Below, piece after piece: positions 38,459-50,305 of a DNA stretch of 64,000 bases. How positions within the stretch are numbered: position 1 is the stretch's first letter; every line of letters begins with the position of its first letter. Position numbers and translations under genes: made by a program. The DNA lies in contig NC_043002.1 of NCBI RefSeq assembly GCF_006345805.1, positions 93,992,001 to 94,056,000 on the forward strand, given 5' to 3'. The notes beneath the pieces were generated by a model. That model did no database searches. It saw nothing but the letters and a program-made list of their open reading frames with translations, and was not told where the DNA came from. Source of the stretch: Octopus sinensis (lineage: Eukaryota).

Positions 38459-38812
38459 ATCATCATCATCATCATCATCGTTTAACATCCGTTTTCCATG
38501 CTAGCATGGGTTGGATGGTTCAACTGGGGTCTGGGAAGCCAGTAGGCTGTGCCAGGCCCAGTCTGATCTGGCAGTGTTTCTACAGCTGGATGCCCTTCCT
38601 AATGCCAACCACTCCGTGAGTGTAGTGGGTGCTTTTTACGTGCCACCTGCACAGGTGCCAGACGAGGCTGGCGAATGGCCATGATCAGATGGTGCTTTTA
38701 ACGTGCCACCGGCACGGGGGCCAGACGAGGCTGGCAATGGCCACAATCGGATGGTGCTTTTTACGTGCCACCGGCATGGAGGCCAGTTGGGGCGGCGCTG
38801 GGTAACATTTAA
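38459..38812 (-). mobile_element. (ATG)n-tailed SINE-like element, family 3, in POR intron 2
   Basis: catcatcatcgtttaacatccgttttccatgc...ggatgcccttcctaa followed by 61-bp units. Copies occur at about 9835, 13620, 16255, 42610, 45125, 48150, 51615-51845 (opposite strand), 58620 and 61800. Confidence 0.75.
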
Positions 38813-40104
38813 ACTATATAACTGTAACTATACTGAGTTATGTACTTGTATATATGTCATCACCAGTGTTTCAGCATCCACTTCTCTATGTAGGTGTGGG
38901 TCAGATGGAATTGGTTCAAGTGGTGCTTTCAGGTTTAGTCCTATTGTGTAGCACCTTGGGCAGGTATCTTCTATTATAGCCTTGGGTTGACCAATGTTTT
39001 GTGAGTGGATTGACAGATGCTGAAAGAAGCCCTCCATTTCCTGTTGGTAATATGATACATCCTCTAGAAGCAGAGTTAATTTTAATAATCAAGAATTTTT
39101 GTTGTATGGTATTTGATAGACCAGTATTTGTCCATGTTATTCAAATACATGCCACTGGCCACTTCGAGTTATTTCTCCTAGCTCGTTTCACTTTAAATTA
39201 TGCAAATTACCTAAGCCATGTCTGTTTTCTACTCCATTTTGTATAAGTTTAAGTCCTTTGGCTACTTGAGATAAGGTTGGACAAGTGTTGTCCTGATGAA
39301 GGCTATTGAGCCAGAAACACATATCCATGACTGTCCTCTTATCTCCAGACAATAACCCTGTCCTTTTTCTTGATGACAACTTTACAGAATTCTTGAATCT
39401 GGAGATTATCTCCCCTTTTCAAGCAGAGCTGGTCATAGTCATAATTGCTACTTCACTGTCATGATACATCCACTAGAGGCAGCGGTAATTTTAATAAAGC
39501 AAGAATTTTTGTTATATGAAGGCAATATGAGGTTCTCGAGAAGACTTGCTCACGTCAGCGAACCTGAGATCTAGAAGTGTTGTATTCCACCTCTTGTAAC
39601 TATAAAATTACCACATACCCTACCTCAGCAAACCAAACTACATTTCCTCTCCCTAACTATCTTGTCCCTTGCTCACATTTCCTCTTCATACACTATAATT
39701 ATCTCCCACTCCCCAATCCTGTCCTCACTATCCTGCTCTCTGTACTGTTGCTTTCCCCACCCCCTTTATATACCCAGGTTCTCACCAGTCACAGCATTCC
39801 CCACCTCCACTCCCTACTTGCTCCTGCTAGGCAATACCCTGCTGGCACCTGTTACCATATATCTCTCTCTTCCTTACTCTACCATCCCATCTATGCTCTT
39901 ATTCCTATTCCTTGCAAGTACACCCTGGCACTTTGCCACCATTATGACTTAAACATTAGGTTTTGCCTGACACTTTATTCAACTATTTGGTTGAATAGAC
40001 CATCCCTGAACTCATTGGCAACATTGATTTTGCTGACAGCATCTCTGTATATGCTCTTAAGCCATTCGCTCTATGCCTATTTTTAAAGACCAGAGATTAC
40101 AGAG

Positions 40105-40830
40105 TGTGGTAACCTGTCAAAGACCTTACCCAGATAAACAAATGTCAAGTAAAGTGGCTTACTCTTAGCTGAGGACTTTTGTATTTATTTCACTGGGAAG
40201 CGTGTATAAGTAGTGCTCTGACCTTGCCCCAACCTAAACTGCATCTATTTTAAGCTAATTATCTTTCTAATTTCTTGGGCTCATCTATTTCATTCTGTTG
40301 GGCTCTTTCTATTTCTTTCATAACCTGCTCCATCAATTTGAAGCTTCTGCATTTGCTTCTCCGTAATGCATCTCCTTTGCTGTTGGTGTTGACACTGATA
40401 CAACTATGCTAGTCATCAGCTAATGGCCCTCTCTGTACTATTCTGTTGACTATGTAGGTGGCTAGTGTATGCTCTATTCTGCTGGATATTTTCAGGATTT
40501 CAGCAACTATTCTTGATGGTCCAGTTGCTTTCCTTGCCTTAATATCCTTAACTGTATTTTAGCCATACTGCTGTCAACTTAATAGCTGGACTTGCTGGTG
40601 GATCTACTTGGTAGTATTCCCTCTTACTTCTTAGGCTACCTCTTCAGCATTTCCAAGTCTTGTTAGTGTTGCTAGAGTAGATGCTTTGGAGTCATTCCCC
40701 ACATACTTTTCCCCAACATTATCTTGGTTCACACTGACACACTGCTTTGCAGTTTAGGACATTTCAAGCTTCTGCTCACCTCTTTAAAGAACTTTGGTGA
40801 ATCTCTTGCCTTCAGATTCTCTCTGTACTA
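40105..40830 (-). mobile_element. RTE LINE reverse-transcriptase remnant
   Basis: Degenerate VKDIKARKATGPSRIVAEILKIS / SKGDAL.RSKCRSFKLMEQVMK, corresponding to the RTE RT N-terminal region. Confidence 0.75.
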
Positions 40831-40980
40831 CAGATATCTAATCTAGCTTGATTAGTGCTAACCTGAAGCCAAACTACAAATAAACATGAATTTAATCAGA
40901 AATATAACAAATATCACGTTTATTTATTTGTTGTGCAAGATTTTTTTATGTGAAATCGTGTGTTGAAACAGATATTTGAT

Positions 40981-41236
40981 GTATTTCGGAATGGTCGTTT
41001 TGCCAGTTTAGCCAATAAATACAAAATGGCTGACAGTTAGTAAGGAGAGACACACAAATAAGAAAGAAGAAAGCAAAGGAACACTGATGCGGTCACAGGA
41101 GTGTGACGAAAGAACTCTGGCCGAAATAAGATCAAGATTAATGTAAAAAATAAATAACACTGAAGCAAAGTAACACCAAATATATAGTGCATGTGTTTTT
41201 ATTGGCTAAACTGGCAAAATGACCGTTCCTAAATAC
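40981..41236. mobile_element. MITE-like element with 39-bp inverted repeats, 125 bp upstream of POR exon 3
   Basis: 40981-41019 versus 41198-41236, with 36 of 39 positions complementary. Confidence 0.8.
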
Positions 41237-41361
41237 AACAATAACAAATAGTTTGCCATCTAAATCATGTATACTAACTGTTCTTCAATGTTTAGCTTCC
41301 TACTTCACCGTTGTTTCAGAAACTTGGATTTCACATTTAATACTTTTCCATTCTATACTAG

Positions 41362-41490
41362 GGAAAGAATGTTGTGGTATTTTATGGTTCTCAAACTGGA
41401 ACTGCTGAGGAGTTTTCTGGGTGTTTAGCCAAGGATGCTCTACGTTATGGTATGAAAGGTCTGGTCATGGATCCAGAGGAATGCAATATG
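41362..41490 (+). CDS. POR: POR coding exon 3 (FMN phosphate-binding loop)
   Basis: 129 nt; GKNVVVFYGSQTGTAEEFSGCLAKDALRYGMKGLVMDPEECNM; ctag acceptor, gtaagt donor. Confidence 0.97.
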
Positions 41491-42386
41491 GTAAGTTATC
41501 TTCTTCAAGCAATAACTGTTCCATTGCAGGCATTTCTAATTAGATTTTTAATGGTCATTATATTAAGTATAGTAACACTAACTTGACTATATTTTTTTAA
41601 TGCAGATGGCATCTCTGAGTAATTAATCTTAGTGATTGATATTATCTCTAAGCATACTGTTATGTATAATTGTAGCAATGTTACTTTGAAAGAAAAAAAG
41701 AAGATATATATATATTTTTTTGATATTTTTCTTGTGATGCATTTCATTTCAGTCATTTGACAGCGGCCATGTTGGGGCACTGCCTTGAAGGGCTTTAGTC
41801 AAACAAATCAACCGCAGGGCTTATTTTTTTCAAGCCTAGTACTTATTCTATCAGTCTCTTTTGCTGAACTGCTAAGTTATGGGGATGCAAACGCACCAGC
41901 ACCAGTTGTCTAGCAGTGGTGGGGTACATCACAAAGACACACACACACATCATCATCATCATCATTATCATCATTTAACGTGGCAAGGGCTGGATGGTTT
42001 CACTAAAAACTGGTAAGCTGATGACCTGCACCAGGTTCCAATCTGATTTCGCATGGTTTCTATGGCTATACATATGTACATGATGGGATTCTTTCAGTTT
42101 CCATCTACCAAATCCACTCTCAAAGCTTTGGTTGGCCTGAGTCTATAGTTGAAGACACTTGCCCAAGGTACCAAGCAGTGGGACCTGGAACTGTATGGCT
42201 GGGAAGCAAGCTTCTTATCACACATCACTTACTTTGCTTGCACACAGAGAGAAATACTTAAATATTGAAGCAGTGTGGTTAGTTTTGAAAATGCCAGTAT
42301 TGATTTTGAGAGTGTATTCTGTTTTCTATTGAATGTGTAATATGATTTAATGAAAGTTCATTATTTGATAAATCTTTCTTTAATAG

Positions 42387-42536
42387 GAAGAACTAAGTAA
42401 TTTTTCTGAAATAGAGAATTCCCTTGCTATATTCTGTATGGCAACATACGGTGAAGGAGACCCTACAGATAATGCTCAAGAGTTCTTCAATTTGTTGCAG
42501 CAAGATGAAATTGAACTTAATGGTCTTCGTTATGCT
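42387..42536 (+). CDS. POR: POR coding exon 4 (FMN domain)
   Basis: 150 nt; EELSNFSEIENSLAIFCMATYGEGDPTDNAQEFFNLLQQDEIELNGLRYA; taatag acceptor, gtaagt donor. Confidence 0.97.
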
Positions 42537-45500
42537 GTAAGTAACAAAAAAAAAATTGATTTAATACTATTGTGTTTTTCTTTTTTTCTTAATGTTTTAC
42601 TCATTCCCATCATCATCAACATTTAACATTTGCTTTCCATACTGGCATGGGTTGGATGGTTTGATTGAAAACGGGTAAACTTGGACTGGGGAGGTGACTG
42701 CACCAGGTTCTGATCATTCTAATTAATATTTTTTTTCTTATTGGTTGGTATTTATTGTTCATTTGTTTAAGAACCATTATTTTCAGTGCTGGCATGGGTT
42801 TGGACAGAGATCTCTGTAAGTCAGGATTTTACAGCTGGGTGCTCTTCTGGTAATCAGTCTCTACCTGCTTTTTCAGTAAGGGATATTTTTAATGCACAAG
42901 TCTTCAAAAGAGTGACTGGCCATAATGCCAACAAGGAATATCAGCATCAACACTGCTTTGCTCAAGTGGTGCTACATTTAAAGTGTGGAACATTTAAACA
43001 TTGTCACAGATTTGCATATGAATGCACATGTGCATGCATACATGCACCCCCTCACACACACACAATAGGCTTATACAAGTTTCCTTTTAACAAATTCCTT
43101 CATATGACATTGGTTAGCTTGTGGGTATAGCTGACACTTGCCCAAGGTGCTCTGCAATGGGACTGAACCTGAAACCATGTGGTTGCAAAGCGAACTTCTA
43201 ATTACTTGGCCATGACTGCACCTATAATATTCACATTAATCTGTTGTCTAGTTTAACAACCACATCACCTGGCCTGACGATGGCTTACTCCACCAGTCCC
43301 AGAATCCCGCAAGAGGTTGCGGACACTGCTCTTCTGACTGACTGATAAAAAAATTTTTTTTTTAATTTGAGTTATGCTATAGAAGCAACTCTATAAAATA
43401 AACTTTATTAGTTGAAAAATCCCCAAATCCAGAGGTTGTAGGTTCTGCCTGAGAAAAATCTTTTTATAGAAATATTGCATTATGAAACAATATATTTCAG
43501 AGCTGGGTGAAAACTGCCCCTGAAGTGACCACGAGAGTAACAGATATGTATTTTGTTGTTGTGACTTCTCGATATCATGCACTCATGTCACTTCTGAAAC
43601 AAAATCAAATTAGCTAGTCTGAAGTATATAGAGATAGTGTATAAACTAAACATTGGTTTGCAAAGGTGCTGCATAAGCAGAATAAAATCTGAGTTATGCA
43701 ATAAATTAGAAGCAGATCTATAGTTAACATATGGGTGTAGTCAAAAAAGCCAGACTGCAGTTTTCGTCTGGAAAAATGTGGTTTTGTTAGGTACCTAGAA
43801 TATTCTACAACATCATGCCTATTATTTTAGAATGGTTTGTAGAACTCCCCATTTTATGTTTTAAGCTTGCCTCAACTACTTATCTTTATATTCATTTATG
43901 GTATCATACCAAATGCACTTCTATCTCCAGTAAAATTTTTAATTTTTTATATGTATCTTTTGTATAATTATCATATAGGTATAATTAATATGGGATCATG
44001 CTAAAACTATTACAGTTAGTTCATTGTGTATTTGGGTACTTAATTCTACATGTCTAAATTCACTTAGCTGTCAGAGCTTAAACCCTATGTAATGTTTATT
44101 TATTCACATCGTTTTGAATTAATCATGCATTGTCTTGTAGTTTTGTGATTGTTTATTTTTAGAATGACATTGTAGGGTAGGTGTGAGAGGCTAAAACCTG
44201 GCCTGTTTTGAACATAAAGCAGGAAGAATGATTGGACCAGACAATACTAAAGGGTTAAATAGATCAACATTTGTGAATGTTAGATTCAAGTAACTAGCAT
44301 TGTATCCAAAGAAGGTTTGTTCTCTTGTCTGTTTAATGCTGTGAAACATCCAAAGCCGAGTGCTGATTCTGAAGAGTCTCTTGTGTGGGGTGTAAAAACC
44401 ATAACCATCATTCACTGGTGAATATGATTTGGTAGCATGTACAGGCTTCGCTAATTGCTTTAGGTGCCTTTTGTACATACTCTTTTGGTTTTTCCACCCT
44501 TGGTCCAGTGGAACATTCAAGATGTGACTGCAGGACAAAGAAAGTACTGCATAGCATTTGGCTGGTGCTCATTTACAACCAAGTGATCTGGAGCAACAGG
44601 AATTGAAGTACCTTTCTCAAAGATCCAACCTACTACCTAGTCCAGGAATTCAACCTATGACTTCATGTTCCTAAGTTCAGCACCCTAGCCATATTTTGTG
44701 TGTAGTAGAGGTATTTAGATTGTGTATATAATCTATAAATGTATAGAGTTTACTGTTAATAAATACACTGTCTAGCTATATCAATGAGTATATTCATTTC
44801 TTTTATATTAATATAAAAGTACAATTATGAACTTATAACATATATTTAAAAAGTAAGTTACAATGTATGTTTCACCAATTATTTTTAACTGTTACACATC
44901 TGTTATTCAGATCTATACTTATCATTTGTTTCATAGTATTGACATGATAGTTAATTATGTGTATGTCAGTTCATTGAAAATAGGTACAGACTTTCAGTGG
45001 AGTCCTATTGGCATCTGATGAAAAACAAGATTTAGCTTTCATACTTAACATGTATACTTAACTTCATGGAATTGCTTCAGCTAAAATTTTTTTTTTTTTT
45101 TTTTCACATTCTCATTTTACTTCATCATCATCATTTAACATCTGCTTTCCATGCTGGCATGGGTTGGATGGTTTAACAGGAACTTGCAAGTTGGAGAGCT
45201 GCACTCAGCTCCAATTGTCTGTTTTGTTGTGGTTTCTATGGCTGGAAGCCCTTTCTGATGCCAACCATTTTATAGAGTGTACTGGGTGCTTTTTAATGTG
45301 GCACCAGTGCTTTACACGAGGCATCAGCACAAATGCTTTATATGTGGCACAGGTGCTTTATATGTAACCCTGAAACAGGTGCCCTATACATGGTGCTGGC
45401 ATGGATGCCCTATATGTGGTACCAGCACCTGCAAGCTTGCAAGACAAGGACCTCTCAACTGAGTGAAGGAGTGGAACTGAGAGATTAGAGTATGGTAGAG

Positions 45501-46443
45501 GTAGCCTTCTTACTATTGAGGAGATACAGTAGGACAAAGAAGGAGAGAAAAGTGGGAGAGATAGGTAGACGGAGTGATAGGGCCTGCTCCCACAGTTACC
45601 TGTGGGGGTAGTATAAGTAGTCCAGAGGGGATAGAGGGAGGTGTTCCATAACTCTAGTTGGATAAAAAACCACCCTTCTCATAGTTATCTTTGATGATGC
45701 GTGTTGAATAGACAGCAGACTTCTAGCAAGTTATTGTCTTTGATCTAATTTCTGTTACAAATGAATTTTCAATTATTTAACACTTCTTGCGAGGTGGTGG
45801 TGATTAAAAAAAAATTGTTGCCACTTGAAATGTGCTCTATTTTAAAACTTTTACATTTCATACCCATTTTGGCAAGGCAAATAGAATCTTCAGTATGCCA
45901 TTTATTAGACTCTGAGATGAAAGCAACAAAGTGTTTGAAGAAATTAATATTTTGTTTTTGTTTAAAACTCAGAATATTTTCTCATGTAATTGATACTGAC
46001 CTGTCTGAAAGCACTCCTTTGCTATGGTACAAAACCTGTTTTAGCCCTTTAGTATTCAGAATACTTTATCAAATGTAATGCTTATTTATTCATATTGTTT
46101 TGAATTAATCATGCATTATTTCTTAACTTTGAAATTTCAATAATGTGATGGTTTATTTATAAAATGACAATGTAGTGCAGGTGTAAGAGGCTGGATCTGG
46201 CTAGTTTGAACATAAAACAGGTAGAATATGTTGGCTAATTTAAATGCTGATAGATTAAAAGGTCTATATTTAAATTAAATTAAAATCTACGGTGATTTTA
46301 TGTAAGAACATCAATCAACATTAATATAAATGTTATTTTACAAAATCCCATCAAATTCTTGATTATTTAAAAAAAATAACTGAAACGCTAATAGACTGTA
46401 TATTACATTAAAAATATGGTCGTTATTTTTCTTTTCTTTCTAG

Positions 46444-46568
46444 GTGTTTGGTCTTGGAAACAAAACATATGAACATTATAATGCAATGGGAATTTTTGTA
46501 GATAAACGGTTAGAGGAACTTGGAGCAACACGGATCTTTGAACTTGGTTTTGGAGATGATGATGCAAA
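46444..46568 (+). CDS. POR: POR coding exon 5 (FMN domain)
   Basis: 125 nt; [41 protein letters not shown](N); tttctag acceptor, gtaaat donor. Confidence 0.97.
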
Positions 46569-47983
46569 GTAAATGTAGATTAAAACTGATTTTTATGTTG
46601 TTGTGTAACCCTAAGTCAGCCTTCATCAAATGGATCTCTATTGGTTCTGATGAGAATTCAATTGTTTGATCATCTGAGCTACCTGCTCGTTGTTAGTGCC
46701 TGAGTATTCCACAGATATGTACCCTTACCAGAATCAAGGCTGAACTTTAGAATTATAGTGCAGCCCATCTGGCAGGCTCCTGTAACAGATCCTCTCTGAT
46801 TAATTTCACTCACAAGGTTTGGGTTGACTGAGGGCTGTGATAAAAAGATACTGGCTCAAGATGTCTCACAGTGAGACTGAAATCGTAGGACCTCATGATT
46901 GCAAAGCAAACTTCTTAACAATTCAGCCATGCTGTGTCATCAAAAAAACTTATTCTCAAAGGCATTCTAGCCATGCCCACTTTGTGTTATATCTGAGGCA
47001 TAGTATATGCTAAACAAGCATCTTTAGCCATAAGGTATATATATATATGGTTGTATGAATTGCAGTTTTAAGGTCTGATATATTATGTAATCTGTTAAAT
47101 GAATTCAGGATGGACAATAATAAACAAATTCAAAGACAAGTTGCAATTGACTACAAAGAAATATTTATTATTATGGCTAAAATTTGATACAGCAAATTGG
47201 TTGGACATTAATAATTATCTATATATTGTATAGTTTTAAATGCTCATAAAAATGAAGACAGAAAGGTTAGAAAAACATGGAATACGACATCACAAAAATT
47301 CTGGCTATAATTCTGTTCAAATGTTGTTAAGACACCAAGCATAATGTTAAGGATTCTGGTTTGAATTCTGTTCAAGCTGAAAAGTGCAAAGTGAAAGCAA
47401 ACTGTTCTCACATCAAAATCCCAGGTCACTTGTAGCAAAACTCCCCTCCCTAGGAATTTAGTGGGTCAAAACTTCTCATTTTATAGCTGATTAACAGATG
47501 CTAGGCTAGCCAATCACATTAATGGGGTGGATGGTCCAAATAAAATTAAATGGATTTGACCTTCACATAGTGAATCAAAATGGGTAGTTAAAAGTAAAAA
47601 GCCACAATGTGGGCAGCTAAAGTTCAAGAGCAATAATGCTTCAGCTGTATATCTTTGTTATTGAAGATGGTACAGTGTGACTTGAGGAAAATTTAGCTGT
47701 TTTTTCTGGCAGGTTGAGTGACCTGTTGCTATATATGCTAGAAATAGAAGCCAAATCTTCAACTCATATCTTACTTGCATGTAAAAGAAGGTAAAAAGGC
47801 ACAATATTGTCCATGTACATAATTGCAAGACTGCTTTGAATCTAAATTGGGGCTGACCAGGGTGTGGTAGGGATGTGGGATGAAACAACAAATTTTCTCA
47901 AATGGCTGATGTAAACTCTTTAAACATCCTTCATTGATAGTTTATAGACATTTTTATATTTTTAATCTGTTTTGCTTTTTTAG

Positions 47984-48073
47984 CATTGAAGAAGATTTCT
48001 TATCTTGGAGAGAAAGACTCTGGCCAGCAATTGGTGAATATTTTGGCATTGAAGCTGTTGAGACAGATATAAG
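47984..48073 (+). CDS. POR: POR coding exon 6
   Basis: 90 nt; IEEDFLSWRERLWPAIGEYFGIEAVETDI(S); tttttag acceptor, gtttgt donor. Confidence 0.95.
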
Positions 48074-48440
48074 GTTTGTGTTTGTCTTTTGCTTAACTCT
48101 TTGTTATATTATGTGTGTTTGTGTGTGTGGGATGTATGCATGTGTATTTCATCATCATCCTTTAACGTCTGTTTTCCATTCTGGCATGAGTTGTACATTT
48201 CGACCAGAGTTGGCAAATAGGATAGCTGCACCAGGTTTTATTCTGATTTGGCTTGGTTTCTATGGTTGGATTTCCTTCCTAATGCCAACCTCTATACAGT
48301 GTGTGCTGGGTGCTTTTAATGTGGCACCGACATGAACGCTTGTATGTGGCTCGGGTGGAAGTGCTTTTTATGTGGACTGGTACAAGGTTTCTGCAGGCCA
48401 ATCTGCTTCAATAGGTGGAGTGCCATTATATATATCTATC

Positions 48441-48865
48441 CATGTGGGTGAATACATGCATGTGAGTGTGTATGTGAACACATGCATGTGAGTGTGTGTA
48501 TACATGCATGTGTGTATGTGAACACATGCATGTGTGTATGTGAACACATGCATGTGTGTATGTGAATACATGCATGTGAATGTGTGTATACATGCATGTC
48601 GGTGTGTGAACACATGCATGTGGGTGTGTGCGAACACATGCATGTGAGTGTGTATGTGAATACATGCATGTGAGTGTGTATGTGAATACATGCATGTGGG
48701 TGTGTGTGAATACATGCATGTGAGTGTGTATGTGAATACATGCATGTGGGTGTGTGAATACATGCATGTGGGCGTGTGTGTATACATGTATGTGGGCGTG
48801 TGTGTATACATGCATGTGGGAGTGTGTGTTTACATGCATGTGTGTATTTGCATGTATGTGTGTAT
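48441..48865. repeat. Minisatellite built on an ACATGCATGT core (about 22-24-bp units) followed by (CA)n(CAT)n
   Basis: Repeated tacatgcatgtg(a/g/t)gtgtgtatgtgaa. This repeat is the source of the His/Thr-rich ORFs in the track. Confidence 0.9.
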
Positions 48866-48878
48866 ACACACACACACA

Positions 48879-48910
<32 letters not shown>

Positions 48911-49133
48911 CTTTCACATTTACCAACCCATGCTTGCACAGGTTGGAAGGGTTCTTTCTAACACAGCCTTTTACCATTTCTTTTGTTCCTCTTCCACAGT
49001 TTCTTTCCACTTAGATGTTCTAGAACTTCTTTTCCTATCTATTATCTGCTATATATACATCATGTGCACACACACACACACACATATATTATATGGTTTC
49101 TAAGCAAAACATTTCTGTCTTCCTAATTCCCAG

Positions 49134-49235
49134 CTTGCGTCAATACCAGTTGACAGTCCATGAAGATCTTAGTGAAGAAGATCAATATTATCAAGGAGAG
49201 ATGTTTAGAATGGGGTCTTACACTGCTCAGAAACC
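49134..49235 (+). CDS. POR: POR coding exon 7 (hinge region)
   Basis: 102 nt; LRQYQLTVHEDLSEEDQYYQGEMFRMGSYTAQK(P); cccag acceptor, gtgagt donor. Confidence 0.93.
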
Positions 49236-49854
49236 GTGAGTCCTTTTTCTTTTTTCTAATATTTTTATGTATTTTTAGAAACAGTTATATAAATATGTTT
49301 TCGTTTGTTATTAGGTACAAGCAGTATTAGTTCAAAACAACATTCTGTATATCTTACTTAACGTGGATAAACTGTAGAAAGCCAAAAAACTGCAATGTTC
49401 ATCTCGAGAAGGCATTGCACTTAGACATATAGTGCTAAAAAAAATCACAGAAGAATGCCTGCAGCAGATGGAAAGTATCTACTTCTGATATAACTCTTTG
49501 CTTTTAGCACTTATACATCTATACAAGATTGTTTCTCAAGACAAATATTGCAGTTTTGTGGCTTTCTCCAATATATCAATATTAAGTAAGATATACAGAA
49601 TGCTGTTTTTAATTGTAGCTATCAGTAATATATGTAAAAGGATGCTTATGAGCTAATTTATGTTATAGTAGTGTGGGCATTAGCATATTTGATACAGTAA
49701 GTAAGGAAACTTAATTCATTTAAAATTCCATTGTTATTGAAGATGACAATCATTTTCTAAATAATTATTTCTTGTTAGAAAAGAAAGTGAAGATTACTCA
49801 AAAAAATTGTAATTAACATCATTTTTACAGTCTGTCACACAAACTTCCCTGGGC

Positions 49855-50305
49855 ATGGACACAGTGAAACTCTGCAGCTGACTTGGCAGACACCCATAAA
49901 AGTATTAACCATCTTACAAACAATAACTCTGAGCACCTTTTCAAACTCCACCTGTCTAACACCTGTGGACATGTTTACAAGGTCAGAAAACAGCACAGGT
50001 ACCATGACTTTTGGAAACATTTTTTCACGCTAAGAGTTGCTGAAGCATGGAACAAACTGCCGGCATCAGTTGTTAGTTGTCGGAGCACTGCTTCCTTCAA
50101 AACTTCCATGCTTCCTGAGATTCGCCAACACTACACCTGATATTCTCCCCTCCATACACACGTAATCATGTATCTGACTCATACACTGTTCGCTTTCCAG
50201 ACATTTGTACATTACTGCATACACTTTATACACACTTTTGACAAGTTGTGGTGCACCTGAGCACTGTATACAATAATTTCATTAATATTATTACATATTA
50301 TTATT
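49855..50305 (+). mobile_element. CR1/L2-type LINE 3' end
   Basis: NTCGHVYKVRKQH...KHFFTLRVAEAWNKLPASVV..RSTASFK*, the typical CR1-group C-terminus, followed by a 3' UTR and an (ATT)n-like tail. Confidence 0.8.

Noticed and set aside
39473-39486. CTCF-like motifs ccactagaggcagc and (61106-61120) cccctggtggcg
   Set aside because: Each is one G short of the core spacing and lies in repeat-derived DNA; there is no supporting evidence.
48368-49103. His/Thr/Met/Cys-rich ORFs up to 194 aa
   Set aside because: These are translations of a minisatellite and (CA)n/(CAT)n tracts within a POR intron.
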